Shown: positions 41,365 through 60,100 of the stretch, one piece after another | Position numbering within the stretch: position 1 is the first letter of the stretch | How the letters are laid out: each line of letters starts with the position of its first letter | Assembly (NCBI GenBank): GCA_951406725.2 | Contig: OX597814.1 | Coordinates: 40,672,001 to 40,736,000 of the forward strand | Direction: 5' to 3' | Length of the DNA: 64,000 nt | Source: Octopus vulgaris | Lineage: Eukaryota | Translations under genes and position numbers: made by a program | The notes under the pieces: generated by a model | What the model was told of the DNA's origin: nothing | Seen by the model: the letters and a program-made list of their open reading frames with translations, nothing else | The model's database searches: none

Positions 41365-41776
41365 ATATATGTATGTGTATATATATCTGTGTGTAGATAC
41401 GTATACATGTGTGTATAGGTATAAGTGAGAATCTCCTTATTTACCTATAACTCTATCCCCCCTTTTTTTTATATATATATTTTTATATATATATATATTT
41501 TTTATATATATTTTTTATTTTTTTATTTTTTTATTTTTTTATTTTTTTATTTTTTTATTTATCTATTCTTTCATCTAACTTACCACTGACTCCTTGACCA
41601 CTCCCCCAAGTATGATATTTTGCGCTATGCCTACCCCCAAAAAGTCCCCCACCACCACTCCTTTAAACCTGCCTAAATGTATAAAATGCTAATACAATTC
41701 TTGTTAAATAGCTTCCTGAAGATTTCTCTTGAATGAAACAGTACTAGTCCTGTAGAAGCTCCTTCTATATAATAAA

Positions 41777-41840
<64 letters not shown>

Positions 41841-42194
41841 ATATATATATATTTACAAGTTCATACGTTTCCATAAATCTGTGTGTGTGTGTATTTCCTA
41901 AAATGATGCACAAAGTCGTATCAAACAGATAATAAGAATGCTGCAGCTTCCTTTTGAATAGTTTATTATGTACATGTTCGTTTAAATACGAATATTCTTT
42001 TTTTTTCTTCCTGAAATTAGTATTGAAGCACACTCGGGACCATATATACACAAACACGCGCAAACACATACTCAGTGGCACAGCGACATACAGTCGCCCA
42101 CGGAGTGCACTTGCATATTAATACGACTGTATAGAGAAAGACCTATACATGCATACGCACGTACGTACACACACATACATAAAGACACACACAC

Positions 42195-42340
42195 GGGCTA
42201 TAACAAATATTCTGCTCATTAACACAGATTTGTTTGTGAGTTGTTTCACTTTAACCAGTCGAATAGGTCCCTTTCTGGTTGACGATGAGTGCATCTCTGA
42301 TCACGAGCAGAAATACCGGGGGGAACATCATAGCCATCGC
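42195..42340 (+). repeat. Interspersed repeat segment homologous to 47345-47487 (minus)
   Basis: Shared caaatattctgctca...cacagatttg and gtgcatctctgatcacga.cagaa blocks. Confidence 0.7.
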
Positions 42341-43646
42341 ATGCATATGTTCGTGATGCATGTGCCTAGTGTTCACTTATCAGACGGATAGCCATGATGG
42401 GTATACCGGGCTTCCTGTATTTTGCCCCAGTGTAATTTTAATAGTATGCACTGGTCCCAACGAAGAAGACGTATTAACGTTTTGCTATTGCCTATGGACC
42501 TGCACAAATAATTAGACTATAGTGATGAAATGTTCGTGTCACGCAGTATCTCACTCTCTTCATCCACTCGACGCTGTCTGAACAGTTGCACCTTATAACA
42601 CGCATCAGGTGCCGAATGGATTGCAGATCAACATGTGATGAAGTATTTTGCGCAAAAACGTAACGTATCACCGGGTCTACCATTATAAACCACGATCAGT
42701 CAATCATGTGTGCAACACTATAACGACTAGGCCACTCACCCTCACATACAGAGATGCAGACACAGACACACACACCCATATTTATATATTAGAAAGTGCG
42801 GCTTATCAGCAATTAAAGATATGCAATTATTAGCAAAATAAATGGAGATCACCAAATGACAGAGTGTATTCACTATCATCGCCTCTTCTAAAGATATATG
42901 TGTGTGGAAGGTGTATGTATAGACATCTGTATATATAAATATATGTATATATGCATTTGTATTAGAATGTGCGTCTTATTAGCAATTAGAGATTTTGTAA
43001 TTATTACTAAAATGAATCAAGGTCACCAAAGGGACAGAGAGTATTCAGTAACACTGCTTCAGCTAAAGCTAAGAGTTAAATGATATCAGAGCCGCAAAAC
43101 AAACTGTCTTCAGTGACTGAAAAAGGGAGGGAAATCCCCATCGTACAAAGCTAGATTGTGATTTCGGATTCATATGTAGAGCATTTCAACCCTCCGTGCA
43201 TTATGCTTTTGAGTTAGTTTAAGCCTTATCTTTAGCAAGTGTGCTGCTAGTTAATATTCTCTGTCACTTTTCAGACTGCTACTGATTTTGTATTTAGCTT
43301 CTAATTGTTAATAAGCCACTCCTTTTTAATCAGTTCTTTACATTTTACCGTTTTGGAAATCAACACACATTTGCAACGGTTTTTCTCATGCGACTGACAG
43401 TAGTTGTGTTGAACTCTAGCCGTTAATGAGGATTAATATGGTCGACATGAAAATCGGAAATTGCAATCAGGATATGTATTCTTCGGTCGTACCTCCTTTG
43501 GTCAATCATTTAAGACAGTGTGTTTGTGGGATGAGTTAGATTAACTCTTTAGTAAAAGCGGGGTTAGTGCAATGTGACATTTTTGTGACCGCTATTAATT
43601 TTGTTAACAATCGCAAAAGTTGTGTATGATAAGCCACCATATCTAC

Positions 43647-43700
<54 letters not shown>

Positions 43701-43824
43701 GCGTGTATATGTGCGCGTGTGTGTGTGCGCGTGTGTGTATATATTATATATATATGCATGTATATATATGTATAGGTATATCTTTATATATATATATACA
43801 CATGCATATCTATCTACCTATTTG

Positions 43825-43856
<32 letters not shown>

Positions 43857-43885
43857 GCTAGCTAGCTAGCTATCTAGCTATTATA

Positions 43886-44088
<203 letters not shown>

Positions 44089-47072
44089 CAATAAGGGTTT
44101 AGCAACAAGTTGCTTGACCACATAAAGAAACCTTTAGAAAAGAAGTAGCAGTCTTTTGGCTACTATTTCTAAAATTTTTGTTACGTGGTCAAGCAACTTC
44201 TGATTCTGATCCAGAAAAGCGTCCATAATTAATCGAAGACTGATTTCATTATTTTTCTTCTTTTTTGTTATGCGTGAGTTACAAATACTGTTGTCGGTGT
44301 AGACATATTTTTGTAGAAAAATGAAATAGCAGTCTTTTGTATATATATACATGTGAAATTGTATATTACCCTTATTGTAGTCTCATACGTACACAGCAAA
44401 CTTGATGCTGAGTTAAGTTCGGATAAAATTACAATTAGAGGGGATGTGTTCTACTTAGTTGATCATTTTTATCACCGTATGGAACCGGGGTGGAAATAGG
44501 TTACCGAAACTCATTAGACGTTTAAGTCGCAGTATCTTAGTACCCTACTTTGCATCGTTTAGTTCAATGGTTTTCATATTCTCCTCAATAAGTGCTAACC
44601 CTTTAGTCATACCTGTGCAAATTGAGCGAAGTACATGATATTCACACTTGTTCCACAATCATTCACATATCATTAAACAGTTTTTATGCATTAGGTATTA
44701 CCAAATATATTACAATATGTTTGAACGCAACGTCGATTTTCAATCATACAGCAATTTGATGTTGCTTTCGTTCAGAATTACAGAAATGTATCATGCTACA
44801 CATAGAGATTGTCCCTATGTTTTGACAAACTTTATTCTTATCTGAGTTTTTCTTTTCATTTTCCTCAAACGATGTTTTTACGGTGGTTACCATCTCCAGA
44901 AATTTACTAGTATTAATTTAATATATGTTTATACTGTCACAAATTGATCTTATGAGTTATTTTTGATTTAATCTGAGATAATATGTCTTGGCGTTTAGTA
45001 TGACTTCCTGGTCAGTCGGTTGGAGCGAAGTAACCCTATTCTTGTAAAAAAATTTCCTTCATACATTTGTAAAAAATTAAGTGTATTGAAGAGCTTCATT
45101 GACTCACTTAGAAAAATGTTGCTGCATTGAGAATATTGAGAACGTTCTTATATACATAAGGTTAAATAAGTAAATTGAAGACCATGTGTCTTGACAACGA
45201 AGAAACCAAACATCGTGTAAACAATGGAACGTCTACACGTTCCCTGGTGATGATGAAAAGAAAAACTGTGAAATATTTTACAGAGGACGCTTTGTCATAT
45301 TAAGACAATACAAAATTGACCGGATAATACAAAATAGTTGTGGTGATGTGTAGACATCCTTGTGCCGCAAGACAAAACACCGATATATAGACAATATGTA
45401 TCTACGGTCTTCCAGATTTCCATCTTGCAAAGGAATAGTAAAGTGAGTGCCGCAAGGCTCAGACAAATGAGAAACAATGTAGAACTTGACGAAATTTGTC
45501 GGAGAGTTATTAGTATGTCGTAGATGAAAAATATCAAAATATATCTCATCTGCTAGAAATTGAAACCAAAATTCAGACCGTAGACGTGCCCTCTCGGTAG
45601 AAAGTCGCATTGAAAGCAATTCTTTAGATGCACTACATAAATTTAATGGGTGTATGATTACAGCAGGCAACAGCATTGGTCATAGACATAGTGAATCAGA
45701 AATTTTATGAAATATATTACAGCTACATCAAAATTATGCCTCCAAATATTATCCTTTGTACATTACATCTTGCTAACGCCAATAAGCATAATCGTCTAAA
45801 TCAAAGTGCTACTTTGCACATTTTTAGAGGCTGATCAAACGGAAAAAGGAGTCGTCGCTTTCAAACCAAATACAGTTTCCAAGGTTATGCACATTTGCTA
45901 TATGCTCACGGATATAAAATTTGGAGTTAAAAAGCAACAAAACAAGCAGCAGGAACAATAAGTACCTGCAAGGATGCTATGATGACGACAGTGTGCTCGT
46001 TAATTTATGTTTATTTTTCACGAGGCATATTATTTTCGCTGAAAATCATATGGTACATTTTCTTGGTTGTTTTAGTACATGATTTTCTTTCTCTAACAAC
46101 CCAGACATCCGTTCATGTAGGATTGCAAGTACCAATGATATTCGACACAAAGCGATTTTGATTGTAATGAATTTGCAATGCAAATTTGAAGCTTGTTTTA
46201 GTAGTTTAGTGTATGATGCTATTCCTTTAATACTTGTTTTGAAATTGAGATCCAACATCACGGGCCATACATCTGGTGAATATATTTGGTTATTCATATA
46301 CGTATATATGTGGGGGTGTATGTAAGTGTGGGTGTGTTTGCGTATATCTATACGTGTATAAATATATGTGTACGCGTGTGTGGTGGGGGTGTATGTAGTC
46401 TTAATGTTTGGAATCCTTTCTAAATAATTCATTATGACTTCTATTTAAATGTAACTGCTTTCATCATTGCGTCTCATAAATCTTTCTCAATAATTCTAAT
46501 TTTCCGCTTCACTCGTTCTCCTAGTTTCTTTCCCTTGATCGCAATTTTCTTTTGATAGAAACCAGATTTTGCATCCCTTACTTTTTTATTAATTCACTCT
46601 ATAAATCTAGATTTTATGTCATTGTTCTTCACATCTCTATTTTTATTTCCAATTTTATTTGTCATGTGTTCATACTACAAAGCACTCCACTGATGACGCT
46701 TTTCATTTTCATTTTATCGTAATTCACTCCTCTCAAAAATCTATTTTCAATTAAACGCCTACATTTCACTTCAATATTTAAATTGCTTCTACTATTCCAA
46801 ACATATCTACACCAATGATAAAACCAACAAAAATCATGCTTCTGGTGTTATAGCTCATAATAATAATGCTGGGAGTGGGTTAATCTTTCATATCGAGCAT
46901 ATAATGCCTGACTTTTCCTAATTATATCAGCACGAAAATAATTATATTCAACTTAGAAGTTGAAGACAGACAAAATCCGGCTGGTCATGTCGTCTCGTAC
47001 GCTTTCAATACTGCTAGCTCAGAGGCTAAATATTATTATTAGTAATATTATTATTATTGTTATTATTATTAA

Positions 47073-47145
<73 letters not shown>

Positions 47146-47150
<5 letters not shown>

Positions 47151-47588
47151 GTGCGCGACATGGTGATCTCATATCAAGATAAACAGCACATGACCATGCA
47201 GATGGGACCTAGTTAGAATATTCTTCTGGTTGAGTAACCCATGCCGCTCAAAAGTTCCCTAAATAAGGGTTGCTTCAGACCGTTGAACGAAAGATACATG
47301 TTTCCAGATGTGAATTACTCAAACCCCAAATAATCCCTCTCAATACATGGCTCCGATGCTCCCCACTACTTCTGTTCGTGATCAGAGATGCACATATCAT
47401 CAGCCACTAATGGACGTGATCAACTGTTTAAGGTCAAACAACTGACAAGCAAATCTGTGGTATTGAGCAGAATATTTGCTGTAGCCCATCTTTTGTACCG
47501 AGGCACAACAATGTATATGATAACACTTCCAAGCAGTTAAGATAAGAAGCTACCTGAGCCACAGCCTGGTACTGCATCAGGGCATTTA
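47146..47588 (-). mobile_element. Unclassified non-coding interspersed repeat between (ATT)n tracts
   Basis: Bounded by (ATT)n on both sides; partly homologous to 42195-42340. Confidence 0.55.
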
Positions 47589-47597
47589 TTATTATTA

Positions 47598-51580
<3,983 letters not shown>

Positions 51581-51969
51581 TTATCATTTTTTAGCTTTGA
51601 TTGGCTCCTTGGGAGACGGCCATCATTGCCGTTACAATTATAATCGTACCATTATAGCAGCCGTAGTCGGCTTATTATTGTTATTATCATCACCATTACC
51701 ATCACTATCATCATTATCACCACCATTACCATCATCATTATCATCATCACCATCACCATCACCACCACCATCATCAATGATATTGTTTTATGTGTAGTCA
51801 CAGCAGTATCTTATTATTGTTATTTTTGTTTTTTTATCATTATCACCATCACAGTAGTGTCTGTCTGTCTCGTTGGCTGGTTTGGTGGTTGGCTGGCTCA
51901 CTGTCTTCAACACCAGAGTTCTTGCCTGTTAAATAATACTTTCTTTGTGTTTGTTGAACTCTTTGAGTC

Positions 51970-52043
<74 letters not shown>

Positions 52044-52174
52044 ACAATATTAATGATAATGATGATCATGATGATCATGATGTTGATGGTGAGGATGATG
52101 GTGATGGTGATGGTGATGATAATGGTGATGATGATGATGATGATGATGATGATAATGATGATGATGATGATAAC

Positions 52175-52525
52175 ATCCAAATACAAACAGAGAGAAAATG
52201 ATATTAATCGACTAGACATTGTGATCAAGGACTACAACAGAGGAACTTGTTTGTTAATAGATATGCCTGTCCCAGAAGATCAAAATGTCTCAAAAAAGGA
52301 ATACTAAAATCTTTCTCCCAATAAAGATCTGCAAATTTAAATCACAAAACTCTCGAAGCTAAGCACTACGATAGTACAAGTAGAAATTGGCGCGATGGAA
52401 ATGATAAAGCAGGGAGCTGAGAGGTTTACTAAGTAAATCTTTAATAACTCCAATCTGCGTGAACTACAAATTGTTACCTAGATGGGTACAGCCGATACGT
52501 ACTACGTAAAAACACTCTCCATCTC
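52175..52525 (+). pseudogene. Dong/R4-like RLE domain fragment
   Basis: NRLDIVIKDYNRGTCLLIDMPVPEDQNVSKKEY parallels NKPDIVVKDQNNKVCLLIDMSIPCDHNISAKEF. Confidence 0.8.
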
Positions 52526-52648
52526 TAATATGGAATAAATGTGGTAATAATTTTAGCTTTAATAGCCAAAAAAGAGCCCTTGCTACTTTCAGTCTCCGGA
52601 GGATGCCCGCTACTGAGGCAGTTGAAATAAAGTTATTATGAAACCATC

Positions 52649-52706
<58 letters not shown>

Positions 52707-52747
52707 TTAATAATAATAATAATAATAATAACGCAATAATAATAACT

Positions 52748-53455
52748 AAACGCAAAAGAAATAGACAACGAAAAATCCCAGCATTGGTTGAGAAAATCAC
52801 GACTCAAAGCAGAGACAGAGGGATTTTTAATTGCAGCACAAGACCAAAGCCTTCCCACCAGAAATTACCAAAAACATGTAATGAAAAGAAATATTACAAG
52901 TAACTGCAGAATATGTGGAGATGGACAAAAACAATAAATCATAAAGATGGTATAGGCACACACCAGAAAAGGTCACAGAAAACGAGAAAGCAACCATACT
53001 CTGGTATATGTCGATACACACAGATAAAGAAATTAAAGCCAACAGACCAGATATAGTTGTCAGAGATCATGAAGAAAAAAATGCTTTCTAATTGATGTAT
53101 CAATACCGGCAGATGACAACGTGGCTCTAAAAGAAATGGAGAAACTTTCAAAATGCAAAGACCTGGAAATAGAGGTAACCAGAATGTGGAATCTAAAAAC
53201 AGAAACAATTCCTATCATAGTAGGTGCATTAGGCATGATAAAAAAATAGTCAGACAAATACATAACAAAAACACCAGGACTTACAAACACATATAACATA
53301 CAGAAAATTGCACTACTAGGCACTGCACACATCCTACGCAGAACACTTTCCATACAAAAACCAACAGAGCATCAAAACAAATCACAGCACAGACCCAAGG
53401 CAGACAGAGCTGTGCTCGGTAGTGAAGTGAAAGCATGCTATAAAAATAAAACTAT

Positions 53456-53458
<3 letters not shown>
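52748..53458 (+). mobile_element. Dong/R4-like 3' fragment in (AAT)n
   Basis: SQHWLRKSRLKAETEGFLIAAQDQSLPTRNY, CRICG, ANRPDIVV, IPIIVGALGMIK, LLGTAHILRRTLS; (AAT)n on both sides. Confidence 0.88.
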
Positions 53459-53526
<68 letters not shown>

Positions 53527-53527
53527 C

Positions 53528-53603
<76 letters not shown>

Positions 53604-53605
53604 TC

Positions 53606-53661
<56 letters not shown>

Positions 53662-53699
53662 TAGCAAATTGGAATGAAATAGGACTCTTCGAAATAAGT

Positions 53700-55380
53700 G
53701 AGCAACGGCTACCCGTCCTGACATTTAGGACAAGTTGATAGATTGAGTAGAGGGGAACTGCAGAATGAAAGTAGATATAGAATAAGAAAAGCAAAGGTAT
53801 TAAGTGATATAGGAAGAATTGAAATGCAGGGCATTCTGGAGTTCGATCTGTGACCAACCTCTAGAGAATAATTATGAAGCGGATGGGCTGCATGAAATCA
53901 AAGATAGGTTAAGAAATATAGAAGGCCAAGTAAACATAAAAATCAATACAGAAATGATAAGAAGGCAATTCAGAAAATTCCCAAATTGGAGGAGTCCAGG
54001 ACCAGATGGGGTCCAAGTTTACAGGATGAAGAAACTTAGAGGGACCCATGAAAGGATAGCGCAACAGCTAGATTAGTACTAGCACGAAGGTGCACTACGC
54101 TGCTGGGTGACAAAGGAGTAACGTTGTTATGTGCCAAGGATCCTGAAAAGAGAAATCTTTAATCGAACTTTTGAACAAAAACGTGTCTCCCACTAATGTA
54201 GAAACTACTGTCAGGTGCTTTGGTGGGTGACATTTATAGATACATAGAACAAGCTGACTGTTACCTATTGAATAGCAAGTGTGTCGAAGGATGAACCTGG
54301 GAACGAAATATCAGCTCATAATCGATAACGTAATAATCAGAAAATGCAAGTGAAGTCGGACACACCTGAGTATGTCATCGGTGGACTATCGTAAGCCATA
54401 CGATATGATACTATACTCATTGACAATAAGAAAGATTGAAATGTATGGAGTAACAGAAAACATGAGAAGCAGTATATGAAATAGCAGGAAATTGTGGAGA
54501 ACGGAATTTACAGCAGGAAATCAAATATTAGAAGTGAAAATCAGGAGACGAATCTTCTGAGTCGGGGACAGTATGTTACTACCAATCTTTCTGTTGGGAA
54601 TTACCCATTTGTGTGAAATACTACAGAAAACAAAGTTTGGGTATGTTCTCTGGAGACGTAAGCGAAAACTGAACCACTTGATATTGATGGCTGACTTGAA
54701 GCTATTCACAAAATGTGAGGTTGAACTGAAGAGCTTAGTACATTCTGTGCGAATTTTCTCCAGTGACATTAAAATGGAGTTTGGGCTCGAACAATGTGCC
54801 ACGATGATTATGAGACGATGAAATGTATTAGGAACAGAAGGCATATGTTTGCCAAGTGATGTTGAAGGTAAGTAAATCTCAATCCAGCAAGAAATACCTG
54901 GGTATACGTGAGGCAGATGGAATTCAACACGACAACAAGGAAGAGACAAAATGCGAGTACCTGCGGGGAGTGAGGAAATTACTGGCACCAAAGCGAATTT
55001 CGAAAGCGCGTAGTTGCAGCAGTGTGGTATGGTGCTTGCATCAAGAATTTCGACAGAGGAGTAAATGAGATAGGCAGGAAGTCAAGAAAGATCCTAAAGA
55101 TGCACGGTGCCCATCATTCACGTGCAGTCATTGCTGGCCTCTACATGAAGAGAGCAAATGTAGGAAGTGGATTGGTAAGTGTGGAAGATTGCGTACGTAT
55201 CGATTACGATACGAACTCAAGATATCGAACTCACACAAAATGAGATACCTAGCCCACTGCAAGTAAACTTTTTTAAAGTCATGGAACGATGGCTTAATCA
55301 AAGGAAGAGAAAGACAGATAGAACGAAAGAAGATCTACAAAAAGGACTGGAAGAATAATTACCAGACATGGGACTATTCG
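53700..55380 (+). pseudogene. Old Dong/R4-like RT remnant
   Basis: FPNWRSPGPDGVQ, LNHLILMADLKLF, FSSDIKMEFGLEQCA, ILKMHGAHHSRA..GLYMKR. Confidence 0.8.
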
Positions 55381-55389
55381 TGTATGACA

Positions 55390-55959
55390 TTCACCAAATA
55401 TTTTGATCCAGTAGCAGCCTTGAAGTCCATCAGGTCCCGGGCCTTCCAGCTGCTCATTTTTCTGCTGATTTCCTTCACTTACCTAACTGAAATGACTAGT
55501 TCTGCCTGTTTTGGACAGACTGCTGTTTGTTGCAGTTCTTACAACCATTTAGCATCCTTTTTGTGCTCCTTGTCTTTGCTCCAGATGTCACTTCCAAACA
55601 TTTGTCTTTCAATGTTATCTGGTATCAACTTTTCATATGTCCACTCTCCATTTATTTCTTATAGAATCTCTTCTGATCTATTCTGTATAACCTATTCTGG
55701 TCATTACTCTTAATTTTTTGGTCGAATTTACCATATTTGCTTTCTTTGCAACGAGGCACTGTTTCGGTTCCTCCACTACGACTTTCAAGCCCTTTCTTTC
55801 AGTATTATACATCCTTTTCAGCGCCCTGTATTTGCCACTCCCATTATGTTTCATTTTCATATCAACACCCACGTTTTCTATTACAACAATGCTTGCTGCT
55901 TTGATCAAATTATTTGTTTCTGTGATGTTGTTTGTTTTGATGTATTTCAGAATATCGCT

Positions 55960-55960
<1 letters not shown>
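55390..55960 (-). pseudogene. Dong/R4-like N-terminal-region remnant
   Basis: VVVEEPKQCLVAKKA parallels SIKETLKQKVQAKA in the 50268-50891 frame; adjoins (ATT)n. Confidence 0.55.
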
Positions 55961-56038
<78 letters not shown>

Positions 56039-56043
56039 CATTG

Positions 56044-56099
<56 letters not shown>

Positions 56100-56116
56100 G
56101 TTATTATTATTTATTA

Positions 56117-56164
<48 letters not shown>

Positions 56165-56945
56165 TTATTATTATTATTATGCATTTGCCTATATTTCACG
56201 AAACATTGATGAAATCATTTACTTTTCTTATTCAAACCTATCATTCTATAATACAATGTTCTGTAATAAATTCTCTAAAGAGATATTTGTAATATTTTGC
56301 GTGCAACAATTTTGTATTAGTGAATATTATATTTTGAATATGTAATACATAATCAGAAGGTGATTTAGTTCATACATTATTGAAGTAATCTTCATTAGAC
56401 ACCATTATTTATGATTTCAAAGATTAGTAGCAGTAGAATCCTAAAACATGTTTGATAAAGCTTGATTGAAATTTCAAATTCATGTATATAACAACACACA
56501 CACACACACATATATACAGAACGTATATGCCTATATATATATATATTGCCATGTTCTGTTGGCGTGTAACCCAGGCACACACACAGATATCAATATATAT
56601 ATATACATACACACTTGCACACACATACACGTTGCGCCCATAAATTTGTTTTGTAAAATAGACGAAGGCGTGTGTCGCCTTAGGAGTCAGGAGCGATGAA
56701 GAGTTGCTGAAGATAGCACTAGATGTTTAACGAAAGATTTTAAGACACGTGGCATAAAAAGATTACAATAAAAACATTTGAAGTGAAGAACGAGTTCATT
56801 ATGCAAAACCGAAATGACTGTCAAAAAATATAACAAAATATATACATGCGTATACATACATATATACATATACATGTATATATATATACATATTAATATA
56901 CATATATATATACATACATATCCATATACATATATATATATACAT

Positions 56946-56994
<49 letters not shown>

Positions 56995-57043
56995 TATATA
57001 TACATACATATCTATATATACATATATATATACATATATATAC

Positions 57044-57112
<69 letters not shown>

Positions 57113-60100
57113 TAATAAGATGCAAATCTCGAGATACAGAAACAAAGCTTCAAGCTCTCTGTAGTAACTATAGGTATCCTTGGAATGAAGAGTAGCCTCC
57201 TTTATACACATCGCTTCGATATTTACCAGTTCCGAAGTTGTTGTTTTACATTTCGAGTATAGCTCTCCTTCAGAAACTGGAGACATAGGAATATCCAAAA
57301 TAAAAGGAAGAAGTAATGAAAAATCGCCTACAATCGGAGTGTAGTTATATTTTTGATATATACATATATGGCATTAGACTAATTTGCCCTCACATATATA
57401 GCCTTCCAGTAGCAATCCTCTCCAGCAAGGGATCCACCAAATGCCAAGTAGCTTCAAACATCTGTCTGAATTGAGCATCAGAACAGGTTCAAGAATGTGA
57501 GGATAAATACTGCATGTAATATCCCTGCTTTTGAGCCATGGATACGTAGACTCCATTGAATCTCACTATGTTTATAGCTCTCATATTTCTCACACTTTTC
57601 AATCAGCGCAATGTTGTCATCATAGTGTTACCCCGCATGAATCATCATGATACAAATAAATGTTTTCTGCCAAATGCAAATTTAAATCATGGTGATTCAA
57701 TTCTGATGATTGTTCATCAATACATGGTGGTACTTACTCCCATGAGACACTTGGGCTCATACAATGTGGACAGAAAAGCACTTCAAGGTTACATATAAAG
57801 ACTCATTGAAATCATACCACATACCTCACGAATTTAGCAACGTTATTGCACCAGCTGGTAGTATCATAAATCTATATCCTGGGACATATGAATATATTAC
57901 CTATCTAATATATATTACTTAGTCCATTGTATTTTCCCAAATGTATGCTCTATGTTTGCGCACTTATTTATCTTTTCATTTATTTGGTCATATGCGTGTA
58001 TAATCGTGTATACGTGTTGAACAGGGGAAGTATGATGTATGTCTTCTTGTGAATATATTAGTTCCTCATTACTTACTCCCTCGTTATTGAGGAAGTGAAT
58101 ATTCTTGATAATATGAGAAACATTTGTTGACTAGATTCCTTAATATTACCGATGTAATAGTAAGGAATCTGCTTCTTTCAAGATATTATTAGTACTATAC
58201 AAATTTTACCTCATTAATTCAATGGAAAACCTGAGAAAACACATCACAACATCATTTTGACATTGTATAAAAATATATTGCTACAGTTACGGAATCCTTT
58301 ATAACAGTTGCACATAAGCTATGACATATCAACCATAATTGTATTCAACAGTGATATTAATATCTCACCAGCTAGAATATATATTTGCATCTCTAAAGAA
58401 TCAATTTGGATTTCAAAAAATCTTTAACCTAACATTAAATTCATTATTGACTCCAAGGATATTGTAGGAATTAGTAATAATTTTCAGCAATAACTTTTAA
58501 CCACTTTACATGAAATCACATCGCCTATGTCTGTTTTGTCATTATTCCATAGATTTAAGCAAGTTAGTACTTGAAGAATATACCGAATATACATTTTCCT
58601 AAATTTTATGTTTATCACATTTAATCGCAAATTGTAAATCCTTTAACGTGATATTTCTTTTGAAGTTGAAATATACATCTCAAACAGAAAATATACCAAA
58701 AAATACCCCCAAAAAACAAACAAAAAACAAAGAATTTAAAATTTATTGAAAATAATGCGATCTACCCAATAGAATTATCCACAATTTACTCTTTAATTAT
58801 ATCATTATTATCTACATTATGTAAGAATTGATAGAATTTTAGGATATTTTATCAGTATTCAAGCAGCATTATGGTCATGTAAAGTACGATATACCAATGA
58901 AATAAAGAAACCCAACAAAATAACACATGAAGAGATACATATAACAATTTTATAATCCACCTTTATATTTACAATCACCATTAACTCATCCTGCGACTTA
59001 ATATCCTTTAGTTTATACAATTTGCACAAAATTTTGCCTAGGCTGAACCTAGAGAGAGTTCAACAAAACATATATCATTAATGCAAAATTAATTTCAAAA
59101 GAAAAAATATGACACGCACACTCTATTTCAGTGTTCGAGGCATATAACACAGAGTATCTAGTATTAGGTTTAGGAGGAAAGGAGAAACAAACGTCTTGGT
59201 GAAAATATCGAACAGAATAGAGCAGCAAAGTTTGGTACGAAATTTAAATTAACTACTGTCTATAAGCTGTATATGATTTATATGCATAGAAAATGAGACA
59301 CTAGAGGGAAAATACAGAGTTAAAAACAAAACAAAGACTAATACAGCTATTGAAGAATACAGGGATGTGTCTACAAAATCTGATTACTATATTACCTAGA
59401 ACACTTATCTACTTACTGAATATACGCCATTCAAATTAAATACACTCTACCTATACATGCAACGCAGTGTCATAGTTTGCATTAACGTATAAAATGAATA
59501 TATAGAAATTGAAACAACATACTATTGTAACCGTTTTTCACAATGCATAAGGTCAAACAAATACACGCCAAACCCACTATTAATAGAAGAATAAAACATC
59601 ATTATCAAAATCAGAAAAGTATTGTCAATGACTTCATGACTTATGGTGAAGAACAGTTTAGATAATCTGTGTTATCTCGGAAACCTTTATGCTATATTTA
59701 CATATATATATATAACAATACTTGTTAGAAAATAATTGCTGGAAAGTGAAACTGAAAATATTTTCTTTGATAATCACTAGCAGTGTCTGATAAGCAAGGG
59801 GAATGCTTTCACGAAGGTATTGCATACACGGAACAACGATAACAAGGATTTTGGACTACAGTAATGTTGGACTACTGTCGGATGTTATACAAGGAGGAAC
59901 CTGAAACAAAACTCCATAGAAAGTCCAAATTCCTAAGACTTTAAGTTGTTATGCATTTGAGTGTATTCTAACTTATGTGTACAACATAAAGCCATGACAG
60001 TATCGCATTTTGTATTCAGTATACTTTATATAGACATGCTTTAACTATCCTATAATTTAAAACAGCAGGTATCATCAACATGATAGAGGAAATCGGACTT

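Larger units (their letters stand above)
31364..41775. mobile_element. Family A element as an outer palindrome (arms 31364-33735 and 39443-41775), HHRs at 31450-31500 (-) and 41710-41760 (+)
   Basis: The arms are near-identical reverse complements, both ending internally at gcatacgtatg next to a TA tract; tail only on the left arm. Confidence 0.9.

Noticed and set aside
45190-45870. Possible second mariner remnant
   Set aside because: Only vague motif echoes; no catalytic motif or TIR could be confirmed.
46046-46432. 128-aa minus-strand ORF as a host exon
   Set aside because: Starts in low-complexity sequence, has no recognisable domain and no convincing splice donor.
47565-47585. cctggtactgca resemblance to the U2 snRNA 3' region
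   Set aside because: The match is only about 12 nt and the rest of U2 is absent.
57180-60100. A-rich region with hints of ancient integrase or RT coding
   Set aside because: No motif was clear enough; it needs a translated profile search.
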